64,000 bases of DNA from Balamuthia mandrillaris (lineage: Eukaryota). The stretch covers positions 1 through 64,000 of the forward strand of contig JAVKOQ020000058.1 of the NCBI GenBank assembly GCA_031835245.2, read 5' to 3'. Numbering within the stretch: the stretch's first letter is position 1; each line of letters opens with the position of its first letter. The position numbers and the translations under genes were made by a program. Shown here piece after piece: positions 25,254-36,519 of the stretch. The notes under the pieces are model-generated. The model saw only the letters and a program-made list of their open reading frames with translations. It did no database searches and was not told where the DNA came from.

Positions 25254-25847
25254 TCAGAAAATGGTGCACTTGCCGCTCTTCTTCTGCTTGGTCTTGGCCA
25301 CAGGGGGGTTCAACACGATCCGGATGGCCTCGTCAAAGACGGACTTGAGGCCTTGCTGCGTAAGAGCGGAGCATTCCAAGTACTTTGCCGCTCCGATCTC
25401 CTTCCTCATCTGCTCGGCCTGGGCCACGCTCACGGGGGCCATCCTCTTGTCGGCCAGCCTCTCCAGGGTGTCCTTGTCCTCCCTCAGGTCCACCTTGGTG
25501 CCGACCAGCAGCTTGGGGGAGGTGGGGCAGTGGTGGGTGATCTCCGGGTTCCACTTGGCGCGCACGTTCTCGAAGGAGGGCGGGGAGACGATGGAGAAGC
25601 AGAGCAGGAAGACGTCGGTCTGGGGGTAGGAAAGCGGGCGCAGCCTGTCGTAGTCCTCCTGGCCGGCCGTGTCCCAGAGCCCCAGGTTGATGGCCTTGTT
25701 GTCCACCATGACGTTGGCCGAGTAGTTGTCAAAGACGGTGGGGATGTACTCTCCGGGGAAGGCGTTGGTGGTGTAGGAGATGAGGAGGCAGGTCTTGCCG
25801 ACGGCTCCGTCGCCGACCACCACGCACTTGATTGCTTGCATCGCCAT
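25254..25847 (-). CDS. rac: Rac-type Rho GTPase (intronless)
   Basis: [40 protein letters not shown]..., [22 protein letters not shown], polybasic tail and CTIF. Confidence 0.97.
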   Translation of the reverse strand: MAMQAIKCVVVGDGAVGKTCLLISYTTNAFPGEYIPTVFDNYSANVMVDNKAINLGLWDTAGQEDYDRLRPLSYPQTDVFLLCFSIVSPPSFENVRAKWNPEITHHCPTSPKLLVGTKVDLREDKDTLERLADKRMAPVSVAQAEQMRKEIGAAKYLECSALTQQGLKSVFDEAIRIVLNPPVAKTKQKKSGKCTIF

Positions 25848-26581
25848 GGTTTGGTTGTGTGATTCTTGTTGTTTTGTCTGGTTGGAGTAAGAAAGAACAG
25901 TGGTCTTGTTCTTGTTTTTGGGTTGGTTGGTTTGTTTTGTTTGGTTGAGGGGAAGAAGAAGAAGAACGAAAAGGATCCGCTATTTATACAAAGGAAATCT
26001 TGGATAAAGAAAGTTGAAGAGATCTATTTTTGAAGAATGGTTCAAGCAAAAAGTATATGCTATTTGTCGACTTTATCATAACGTTCCATGAACCGCGTCC
26101 TGAACTTGCAACCAATCCAACGCCCCGACCAAAGCGGAGCAATGAATTTTTGTCGACGTGAAAGATCTCTGCTAGAGATGAGACAAAGAAAAAGACAACA
26201 GAAAATGGCCTTTTTATGGTAAGATAAAGCCTCTGTTTTGATTTTTGATTGGTGGTTTGAAACTTTCAGTAACCGATCGAAGCCGCTTTTCCGCCCCGAC
26301 AACACAATATACTTTTTGTGGACATGCCACGTCAGATGTCGACAATTAAGAATCCTAATACGGTCATCCGACGAAGATTATTGGTTGGAAATCAAAAGTG
26401 TAGATTAGATGATCTAAGTAAAATAATGCAGTTCACGGAATCAAAAAAAGTTGGAAGAAGAAAAAGAAAGACAGCAAAGAGAGAGGGAGACACGGTAACG
26501 TAGCGGCTACTTTTTTTCCTTCCTTCCTTGCTTCCTTCTTTCGTTCATTCCCTCCCTCGTATTCCATCCTTTCAGGTAACC

Positions 26582-27393
26582 ATGTTGGACGGTTCGTTGC
26601 AAGAAAAGACCGGCGAAGCAGAACTGTCCGTTCGATGCCAGTTGCGTAACACACCCCACCCATATTCTTTGTTGGCTTTCGTGCAGCGCATCCTTTTTTT
26701 TTGTTAAAATACGTAGTGTTGAGATGATGACTGAAACTGATTTTTTTTCATTCTTTTTCTTTTCTTTGTTTTTGTAGTCTCTCCCAAAAACCCAAAGGAG
26801 AAGTCTACGTTGTGCTATACGTTCCCACCTATGGCCATGACTCTTGGCAAGAGCTGGATCGCAGCGAAGGACTCAAGTTTGGTTTTTTCCCTTCTTCTTC
26901 TCTCTCTTTTTTCATTTTTTTGCATTTTTTTTTTGCATTTTTCTTTTTTTCTTTCTTTCTTTTTTTTCTTTTTTTTCTTTTTTTCTTTTTTTCTTTTTTT
27001 CTTTTTCTTTTTTTCTTTTTTCTTTTTTTCTTTTTTTCTTTTTCTTTGTTTTATTTATTTATGTTTCTTTTGGTTGTTTCCATCTTTCTTGCTCTGTTAT
27101 TTTATTTCTGCTACTATCTCTTCTTTGAGCTGACTGACCCATATATGAATGAACTGCAAACAAAACAGAGACAGCAGCGTGGATCTATCATTCGTTCATG
27201 GCTTCGTTACGGACTATTACTTCAACGTGGTGCAGCCGCTAAAGTTCTCGCTCTACCAAGGCAATGCGCACGACATGGGTGCTGCTACGACTTCATCCTC
27301 GTCTTCAAGCTCTCAACGTGTTCTCCTTGGTGAGATCGTATGTAGTTGCCTTCTCTATTCTGCCTTCATTCTTCTCTCCTCTCCTCACACACA

Positions 27394-27426
<33 letters not shown>

Positions 27427-30400
27427 ATTACGTTGCCCACTAACGTAATTTGATGGCAGCGAGCGAACTTGGGAGAAATTCTAGGTAACGAAGGCCAATG
27501 TTTGCAAAGAGAACTAAGGTATCTTCTTCACTGCCTCAAGTCTTGTCTCCTTTTTGCTCTCTTCTTCCATGTTTCACACTGCTTAAACGCTTATTACAGC
27601 GGGGGCATGCTGCAAGGCACAATGGCCATTCTGGCTGAAGAAATGACCGAAGACGAAACTGAGACCGCCATGGAAAACGTTCTTGAGTAAGCTCGCTGCC
27701 TCTTTCTTCTTCTTTTGCTTCCTCTTTTCTCACTTGGCAAACAAAATGTAAGTTTACACATATGGGCAGCTAAGCTACACAAACATTCAAAGTTTAGCAG
27801 TGCAAATCCATATCTCGTCATTTCTCGTCTCCGTGAAGACGGACAAAAAGTTCCTGTCTACCAGACGGAAGTCAAGAAAAAGACTGTAGACCCCAATTGG
27901 AATCCTTTTACCGTTGCTCTCAATCGTCTTTGTAACGGCGATAAGGATCGGCCCATCCACTTTGATGTATTTTCCTCCAAACGAAAGAAAGTAGACCAAC
28001 CTATGGGCAGTACTTCGGTTAGTCCTTTTCTCTTGTTTTCTTTTGTTTTCTTTTGTGGTGACCAAGAAAAAAAAAAAGGCAACCATACGACAAATATGTG
28101 ATGAGCGCAAGAGAGACCTTCCTCTCTTTCTTGATAGCCACAAGAAAGGTTCTCGTATTCAGGTATTTCTTTACCTTTGCCATCTTTTCTTTTTTTACTT
28201 TTTTTTTTGGCCTTCTTCTCTCAACCCGTAAAACTAAATCTCCCTTTTATTAAAAAGACGGGAGTATTAAAAATAGCAGATGTAAATGAACGAGTTCAAG
28301 AAAGAGGAGAGCACAACGTCATTCCAAAGAATTACATTAAACACACTACTGCTTACAAACAGTATCACAACTCTCATAGCTTTATGGAGTATCTCGCTGG
28401 TGGCTGCGAGATATCTCTCATAGTAGCGATTGACTTTACAGTCAGCAATGGGTTTGCCTTTCTAATGCTCATTCTATCAAATTTATGCTTATCGTACTTC
28501 CTTTCCAACTTCACAACAATAACCAACACTTCTTCAGAAATCCAACGAGTCCCTCATCGCTTCACAACATCACAAATCCATTCGAGCCAAACGAATATGT
28601 AAAAGCTATAACTGCAGTAGGAGAGATCCTCGCCAATTACGACAAGAACAAGCTGTTCCCAGTTTATGGCTTTGGTGGAAAGATGCCGCCTGGAAGCCCT
28701 GTCTCTCACTGCTTTCCACTTACTGGCGATCCTTCTCATGTATGTTTCTTTCTTGCTTCTATCTTTGCGCTTTTCTTTTCTTCTTTTTTCATACCTTTTC
28801 TATTTTAACAGCCGGAATGTAGAGGCGTAGAAGGCATTCTTTCAACTTACTGGTACATTTCTCTTCCTCTCCTTCCTCTCTCTCACTCTCTCTAAACTTC
28901 TATCAAAATACAATGAAACGGAATAACAGTAATGCATTGAACGTTATCGAGTTGTCTGCGCCAACTACTTTCACCGACGTTATCAAACATGCCGCCTCCA
29001 AAGCTTCCGAATACATCACGCAAGACCACCAAAAGTACTTTGTGTTGCTTTTGCTCACTGATGGCGCAATTACAGATATCCTTTTCTTTCTTCTTTCCTT
29101 CTATCTTCTTCGTTCTGTTTGTTACTTCAATGTTTTCTACTCTTTTTTTCCCCCCTCTTTTTCCTCAGTTTTTTCTATATTGCTTTCCTTTTCTTTCTCC
29201 TTGACCAAAACGTGAACAGGGAAATGGAACAACGTATCTCGAAGAAACAATTCGTGAAATACTTCTCATCTGCCGCTTTCTATAGTGATAGTGGGAGTTG
29301 GCAACGAGAACTTTGATCAAATGGAGTTGTTAGATGCCGACAAAACTCCCTTAGTTACTTCTTCTGGTGATGTGGCAGACAGAGACATTGTTCAGTTTGT
29401 GCCGTTTAGAGAGTACAAGAACCAATCCCCACAGGGTACTTTTCTTTTTGTTCATTTCAAACTGTTTAAACGTGGCTAACTCTATTTAAATATATTTAGT
29501 GTTGGCAAGGGATGTGTTGGGAGAGATTCCAAACCAACTGTTGACGTTCATGGCATCCAGAGATATCAAACCGAATCCCAAGATCCGCCACACTGTACTC
29601 TCTCCTCTCCTCTTGCTTCCATGCTCTCATTCTCTCTCCCTCTCTTTTGTTATTCGACGTTCTTATTCTTTGTATGTTGTTAAAAAGGTAACAATTACAA
29701 CGACAACGTACAGTGCGGCATCGTCCTCGTCATCTGGTCCTTCCACAGCAGCACCATCATGGACCACTGGAGGAAGTGGAATTCAGCAACAGCAACAACC
29801 TCTGCACCAACAACAATTTCAACAACAGCAACCATATTACTACCCTCCACCAGCTTCTCACATGCAACAGTTTTATCCACAACAATATCCACCTTATTAT
29901 CCTCCTCATCAACAACCACAACAGCAAGGACCGGGTAGCAATGAAAAAGGAGGAAGTGGAATTCAACAACCACCACCAACAACAACTACATGGACACCGT
30001 TCCCCCAGCAGCAACAGTATTTGCCGCAACAATACCCACCACAACAGTATCAACAACAAGGAAGTGGAAGCGGAAGCGGGGGTGGAAGCGGAAGTGGAAT
30101 TGGAGGTTCTTCAGGAGATTTACTCTCTGTTCCTGGCTATCAACAGCAACAAGCACCGCTTTCGCCACCGGGAAGCGGTGGTAGTGGATATTACAATCCA
30201 ACAACAACTTCCGTGTCCAACACAGATACCTCAAACAATCCATTTTATACCGCGTCTCCATCACCTACAACCTCTCCCCATCATTCGGGCAGCGGAAGTG
30301 GTAGCGGCAGCGGACCAACTCCTTTCTTTCCCTATCCACCATCACAACAGCCACAACAAGGGGGAGTGAGTGGAATTCAGCAACAGCAACAGCAACAAGC

Positions 30401-31465
30401 TCCTTATTACATGCCTCCTCCTTCTGGGTATTTCCAACAACAACCTTTTCCTCAACAACAATTTTCTCCACAGCAGCAACAACAGCAACAAAGTGGAACT
30501 CCTTTCTCCTATTATCCCTCTCCACAACAGCAACAGCAACAGCAACCACAACAGGGAGGAGGATCCTATTATCCTCCTTCTCCCTTCGTCCCTCCTTCCC
30601 TTCCACAAACTTCTCCCACTTCCTCTTTCTCTTCTTCATCCTCCTCCTCCTCCTCGTCGTCTTCTTCTTCGTCCTCCTCCTCTTCTGCTTCCTTCATTCC
30701 ACAACAACAGCAAGCACCAGTTGGCAAAAACGGGCTTCCTATCATCGATAAACGTATTACCACAACTACTTCATCTTCTACCTCCTCTACAGCTGCTTCT
30801 TCTCCGGTCGTTTGGTCATGGATGGGAGACGATGGGGGATGGATTCCCTATGACACTTGGCAAAGTCAGGACATCGAGGCAGCCTACCAGAAGAGGGCAA
30901 GCGGAACGGGCAGAGTGCAGGTGGACTCGCAGCGATTCGTGGACTTGAATGCCCTCGTGCAAAAGCGTTACGATGACTCGAACGGTACAGGAAGAAAGGT
31001 CAAGAGAGAAGGGGGTGGAGGCAGTGCCTCTGTTGGCCAGGTCATCAGTTCTCTTTCCCAGCTTTCTGTTCATGATGGTAAGTTTTATCTTCTTTTTCAT
31101 TTTCTCTTTTCTTTTTCTTTTCTTTTTTCTTTTTTCTTTTTTCTTTCTTTCTTTCTTTTTTTCTTTTTCTTTTTCTTTTTCTTCTAACAACAAACAAACA
31201 AACAAAAGATCCACAACTCAGAAGAGACAAACAAACCTACAAAAGCCAACTGGAAAAGCTGGAGATGATGGGCTTCACCGAAGCCAAGCTCTGCTGCCGC
31301 GTCCTCAAGGGGGTGAGCGGCTCCGTCGAGCAGGCGCTCGACCGACTGCCTGCCTTGCAGCAGCTCAACGCGATGGGCTTCCAGGACGTGGACAAGAACA
31401 TCCGTGTGTTGGCGGAGTGTAAAGGGGACGTGCAGGCTGCCATTGCTAAACTTATTGGCGGATAA
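26582..31465 (+). CDS. Copine (C2A-C2B-vWA) with Q/P/G low-complexity linker, WWE domain and two UBA domains
   Basis: C2 exons ([27 protein letters not shown]) and vWA motifs ([70 protein letters not shown]). [17 protein letters not shown]...IEAAY, then two MGF-containing UBA units. Confidence 0.88.
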
Positions 31466-31536
31466 TTGTTTTTATAAATGATAAAACGGAGTATAAAGTG
31501 AATAAGGTGGAATAAATAAAGAGAGAATCTTTCAAA

Positions 31537-32907
31537 TCACTCTGCTTTTTCGTCTTTCTTCTTGGCGGCCTCCTGCTCCTCCGCCAACACCTCCTTGACC
31601 ACCCTCATCACCTCCTCGTGGATCTTTCCGTTGGTGGCCACCACGCCCTGGTTCCTGCTCAACGTCCTGCCCATGCCAAAGTCCAGCTTCTCCCCCTTCA
31701 AGTCGCAGACCTCTCCGCCGGCCTCCTTGACGATGACCACCCCGGCAGCGTGGTCCCAGATCTTTTCCTGGTAGTTGCTGCTGCTGAGGCGCAGGTAGAT
31801 GGAGGCCTCACCGCGGGCGATCAGCGCGTACTTGCACTGGCTGTCGATGCGGATGGGCTCCTTGGAGACTTGGAGGCGCTTGGCGATCTCGGCAGAGGCG
31901 CCGTGGCTGGAGTGGCTGCTCTCGAAGCTTTCGGTGAAGTTGGCTTCGGCGGTGGAGGTTATGTCGCTGGTGTGGATGGCGTACTCTTCCTGTTTTGTTG
32001 TGGTGGTATTTGTTTGTAAGAGAAAAAGAGTGAAGAGTGAAGAGCGAGAGGAAGAAAAAGAAACGAGGAAAGAGAGAAGCGTACATCAGAATCGAAGTCA
32101 CGAATGAAAGCGCCTTGTCCACGAACAGCAACCAACAGGCAACCAGTCTTTTCCTCGCCTTCTTCTTCCTTGTTGCTTTCCTGTTGCTGTTCAGAGGACG
32201 ATGAGCCCTCCACTTCTTTGCCCTTTCCTTCTTCTTGTTCTGTTGTGTTTTCTTTTTTGTTGGCGGCAGCAGGACGACGGAAGGACAGATTGGGGCAACC
32301 CAACACGCCGAGCACTGGCTCGTTGTCTTCCATCAGAGCCAAACACACGGCGTACTGTCCCTTTCGAAGGAAGCCCAATGTTCCATCTGTGTTTTTTTGT
32401 GTGAAGAAAAGAGTGAGTGAAAGAAAGTAAGAAAGAGAAAGAGAGGAACAGAAACGAACCAACGGGATCAATCGTCCACCACAACTTTGTGTCACTGTCG
32501 ATCTTCTTGTTCTTGCCCTTGTCAATGGTCTCAAGCAGCTTCTCCTCCTCCAGGTAGGGCAGGACCTGGTGGACATGGCTCCACACTTTCCTCCTGAGGT
32601 CCTCTTGCTCGGCCAAGGCCTTGCTGTTCTCCTCCGCGATGAAGGGGTACCTGGGGAAGGCTTTGGTGAGCTCGCTGATGATGACCGCCTGGGCGGCAAA
32701 GTCAGCCACCGTCACGGGGGAGCGGTCCTTCTTCTCGATGGTCTCCTCGGAGACGAGGCTCTCCTGCACCTTACGGCAGAGAAGGCTGGCCTTGAGGACG
32801 GCTCGGATGGCGGCGGCCCTCTCCTCAGCGTACTCCCTCAGGTCCTCGTCCAAGACCTTGGTGGGGAGGCCCTCGGCGCGCATGCAGTTCTGAATGGTGT
32901 TTCCCAT
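31537..32907 (-). CDS. MET22: 3'(2'),5'-bisphosphate nucleotidase (MET22/HAL2/SAL1 type)
   Basis: KKDRSPVTVADFAAQA, WTIDPV|DGTLGFLRKGQYAVCLAL, GVLGCPNL, RIDSQCKYA and EKIWDHAAG. Confidence 0.95.
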
Positions 32908-33579
32908 GGTGAATATGCTTCTTCTTCTTCTTTGCAACAACAACAACAGTGCTCCTCCTGCTCCTGGTAGTGGTCGTGGTCGTGGAAGGGATGAGAAGAG
33001 GAAGAGACGTCTCGTCGTTTTTGCTTTCTTTTCTTTTTCTTTCGTGCTACGCTTTTTTTTTTGGTGAATTTCTAAATCCCAAAATTTCCAAATTTAGAAG
33101 AAATCTCATTAGTTTTTACCTTAATTGTGAAGTGACCACGTCATCAGTGATGATGTCAGCAGTACGAAATTTCACTTCATCCACGTTTTTCTTGAATTAT
33201 TATCGTAACAATCGATAATTTTATTGAGATGAAATTATCGATTGCAATGATCCGATAATTTTATTGCAATGAAATAAACCACAGCAAGTCTCAGTATGGG
33301 AGAGTATGGGCGGCGCGAAGCGATAAAAGAGCGGTGGATCAAGAAGAGATAGAAAAGAGAGGAGAGCAGACCGCAAGAGAAAGATGAGGCGAAGAGGCGG
33401 GTATCCAGTGGAGAGCAAAAAATAAATAAATATTAAAATAAAATAAATAGATCAGCGCAACAGGAAAGGAATCACTGATTTGAGTCGCGTTTGCTGCTCG
33501 CTCTTCGAAGTGGAAAAGCGGTCTCTTAAGGGTATGTGAGGTGAAGCAGTATTGGTATTAGAATAAACATATTGTATCA

Positions 33580-36042
33580 TTAATGGGAAGCTTTGTCCTC
33601 TTTCAACATTTTGATGATATCTTTGAAGGATGGTCTTGTTGAAAAAAAGAAAAGTCAATAAACGTTAGGCATGATCATTTGAGGAAGAGGTTGAAACAAA
33701 AAAGTACCGTTGTTGAGGGTCAAACTGGAAGCACTGAGCGGCGATGCTTCTCAACACTTCCGGCGCATTCTCATCAAGCTTCAACACTTCTCCTGGAGAT
33801 AAACAATTTCGTTCAGCGAAGGTAAAAGAAAAAAAAAAAGAAAGAACAAAAAAAAAAAGAGAGAAAACAATGAACAAAAGCAAAGTACCATTAAGCACAG
33901 CCGTGATGACTTGTTCGCTTGTCATTTTGCTGTATGGCATTTGCCCAAAGTTCACTATCTCCCACAACAACACGCCATAACCTTCATTGCAGCAATCATC
34001 GATGTACCGGTCAGAAGAAGGAAGAAACAAGAATGTTTTTCAAAAAAAAGCACGTACTCCAGACATCGGCTTTCTTGTCAAAGGTTCGTTTGGAGAAAAA
34101 TTCGGGTGGTGTCCAACGAATAGGAATGGTTTGGGCCATCTCTTCATCGCTTTCTAACGTTGACAACCCGAAGTCTTATCATAGCGTTTTTAGTTTAAAG
34201 AGAAGGAGAAGGAGAAGGAGAAGGAGAAGGAGAAGGAGAAAGAGAAAGAGAAAGAGAAAGAGAAAGAGAAAGAGAAAGAGAAAGAGAAAGAGAAAGAGAA
34301 AGAGAAAGAGAAACTACGAAAGAGAACGAACCAGCAACTTTGACTGTAAAGTCACCAGTTAAAAGAATGTTTCTTGCGGCCAAGTCTCGATGGACGATGT
34401 TCTCTGAATGCAAATGATGCATTCCAGCTGCGATCTCTCGGGCCATTCTCACGGCCATCTTCTTGAACACTTCGTCTCCTGCTTGTTGTTTGCCTTTGAG
34501 GTTTTGGAGAAACTGAAGAAGATTACCAGCAGCAAGGAACTCCGTGACCAAACACCATGGCGTGCTTTCTTCCATGGACACTCCGAACAGTTGTGTCACA
34601 TTCGTGTGTGGTCTCAAGTTTCTGATGTGACCAAATAAACGGGTTAAATGAGAAAAGCAGAGGAGGAGGCGAACAAGAAGAAATGAGAGAAGTTACTTCA
34701 TGATTTCACTTTCGGCCTTGAAGTTGGCTTTAGAAGTCTTGGAATCCATTATCGAGTTGAACTGTTTTAACAACAACAATTAAAAAAAAAAACAGTCAAC
34801 CAAGCATGAACCATCAACAAAGCCCAACAAGCATAAAAATGGAAACAAACCATCTTGATGGCAACTCTGGTTTCTCTCCATGTTCCTCGCCATACTGTCC
34901 CAAAGCATCTGACATTATGAAATGAGCCATTTGAGAAAGAAAGCAGAAGAGAAAGAAGAAGCTGTGTTACCCTTGTCCTATCTGTTCATCAAATTCGAGC
35001 TCCGAGAAGGGAATCTGCCATTGCAAGCTGCCGTTGTCTTTTTCGTTCTTCAACTCGGTTCTGTTCCTGGCATTATTTGAAGCAGCTCCAACAGCATTAA
35101 GGTCTCCCGTTGCATACAGCTCCATTGAATCTTCTTTCGCATTCATGTCCTCATGTTGTCTCTCCAGACGGGCTCGTTTCTTCCTCCTTCGCAACAGCAC
35201 CAAAAGAATGGCCAATCCCACCAACAAAAGCACAATGGGAACACCCAAACCAATGGCCAAACCTATGGGAAGAGCCATGTTGCTGTCGCTTTCCGAATTG
35301 TTCTTGTCTTGTTGCTCTCCATCGCCGGCTCCATTTGAAGATGTGGAAGAGGAAGGCGTGTCTCCATCCACTGCATCCACTTTATGAAGGAACAAACAAA
35401 GAGGCTTATTAATGAAATAAAGAGCAAGAGAAAGAAGGAAACGATAAAGCACAAGAAAAGGAGAAGGAGCGATGAGAAATGAAAGAAGAGAAGGCAAAGA
35501 AAAAAAGCGCAAAACAAAGAACAAGAACAACGTGGCATTGAACGAACCGTGAAGGAAACGCAAAGATTGTTGAGCCACGGGATTGGAAAGGCTGTTCAAA
35601 AAGTCGCTGTGACAGCTGATAGTAATGTCCAGCCCTCTCAACCTTGGATCCACTCTGGCCAACAACTCTCTCGTTGTGGAAACGTCGTGCCTCAGGTTCT
35701 CAAAATTACATTCCAACAATCGAGTTCCTGCAGAGGGACCCAAATCTCGACAGGCAGCAGCAGAAGGAAGAAAGGTGAGCAAGATAGCATCACCTCCGCT
35801 GAATTCCAGCCCACAGGTCACATTTCTGGTGTGAGAAGGGTACTTGTCGTTTGTGGCTTGAAACAAGTCTGGCATTAACAACAGAAACATCCACACCCAC
35901 GCCTTCCAATTCTTCCACCAGGCGTTGGGTTGGTTGGGCTGATGGACTGGAAGGTGAAAGCGGCGTCCACAATCACCACGAGATCGCCATACAGCACGAA
36001 GAAGAAGCAGAGGAGAATGTAGAAGAAGAATAGAGTTCTCAT
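33580..36042 (-). CDS. Single-pass receptor protein kinase with tyrosine-kinase-type motifs (multi-exon; 5' splice structure uncertain)
   Basis: Signal peptide, TM helix [27 protein letters not shown] followed by [32 protein letters not shown] and IPIRWTPPE. Confidence 0.85.
34200..34312. repeat. Intronic (AGAAGG)n/(AGAAAG)n hexamer microsatellite
   Basis: Directly visible. Confidence 0.9.
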
Positions 36043-36326
36043 TTAAATTGCGTGCAACGCAGCAAGAAGGAAAGCAGCTGGTTGTGTGTTGATAGTCGCA
36101 CTTGTTCTATTCGTTGTAGTTGCAGGAATCCAAACTTGGTGGCACCGGTGCGGAGCGTCGACGTGCATTTACGGAGTTGGAGCTCCAATGAAGCATTCAT
36201 TATACGCCGGAGACTGCATAGCATGAACCTCCATGTATCTCGCTTCTTTCCTTCCGGCCCCAACGAATAGCAGACATCCAATTTACGTTTAACGACAACA
36301 AAAAAGAAAGATAGCGTACGGTAACG

Positions 36327-36398
36327 GATGCAGGCACCTGCTTGTGGGCCGCTCACTGGAAGGTGCTGAAATGGGCCAGAGCGTGCGGATGTCCTTAG
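36327..36398 (+). pseudogene. Decayed single 'WARxxGCPW' repeat remnant
   Basis: Reads DAGTCLWAAHWKVLKWARACGCP*, with TAG where the intact repeats have TGG. Confidence 0.6.
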
Positions 36399-36519
36399 AT
36401 AGCAGGAGCGGGATCATCCATCAAATGTTATTTTTGTTGACCATGGAAGAACAAAGACAGAGAAAACGTAAGCAGAGAGGAGAAGGAGCAGAGAGGGAAA
36501 TAGGTTTTTGGAAGAATGT

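Noticed and set aside
33221..33560. Short ORFs downstream of the kinase
   Set aside because: No recognisable motifs or consistent splice structure.
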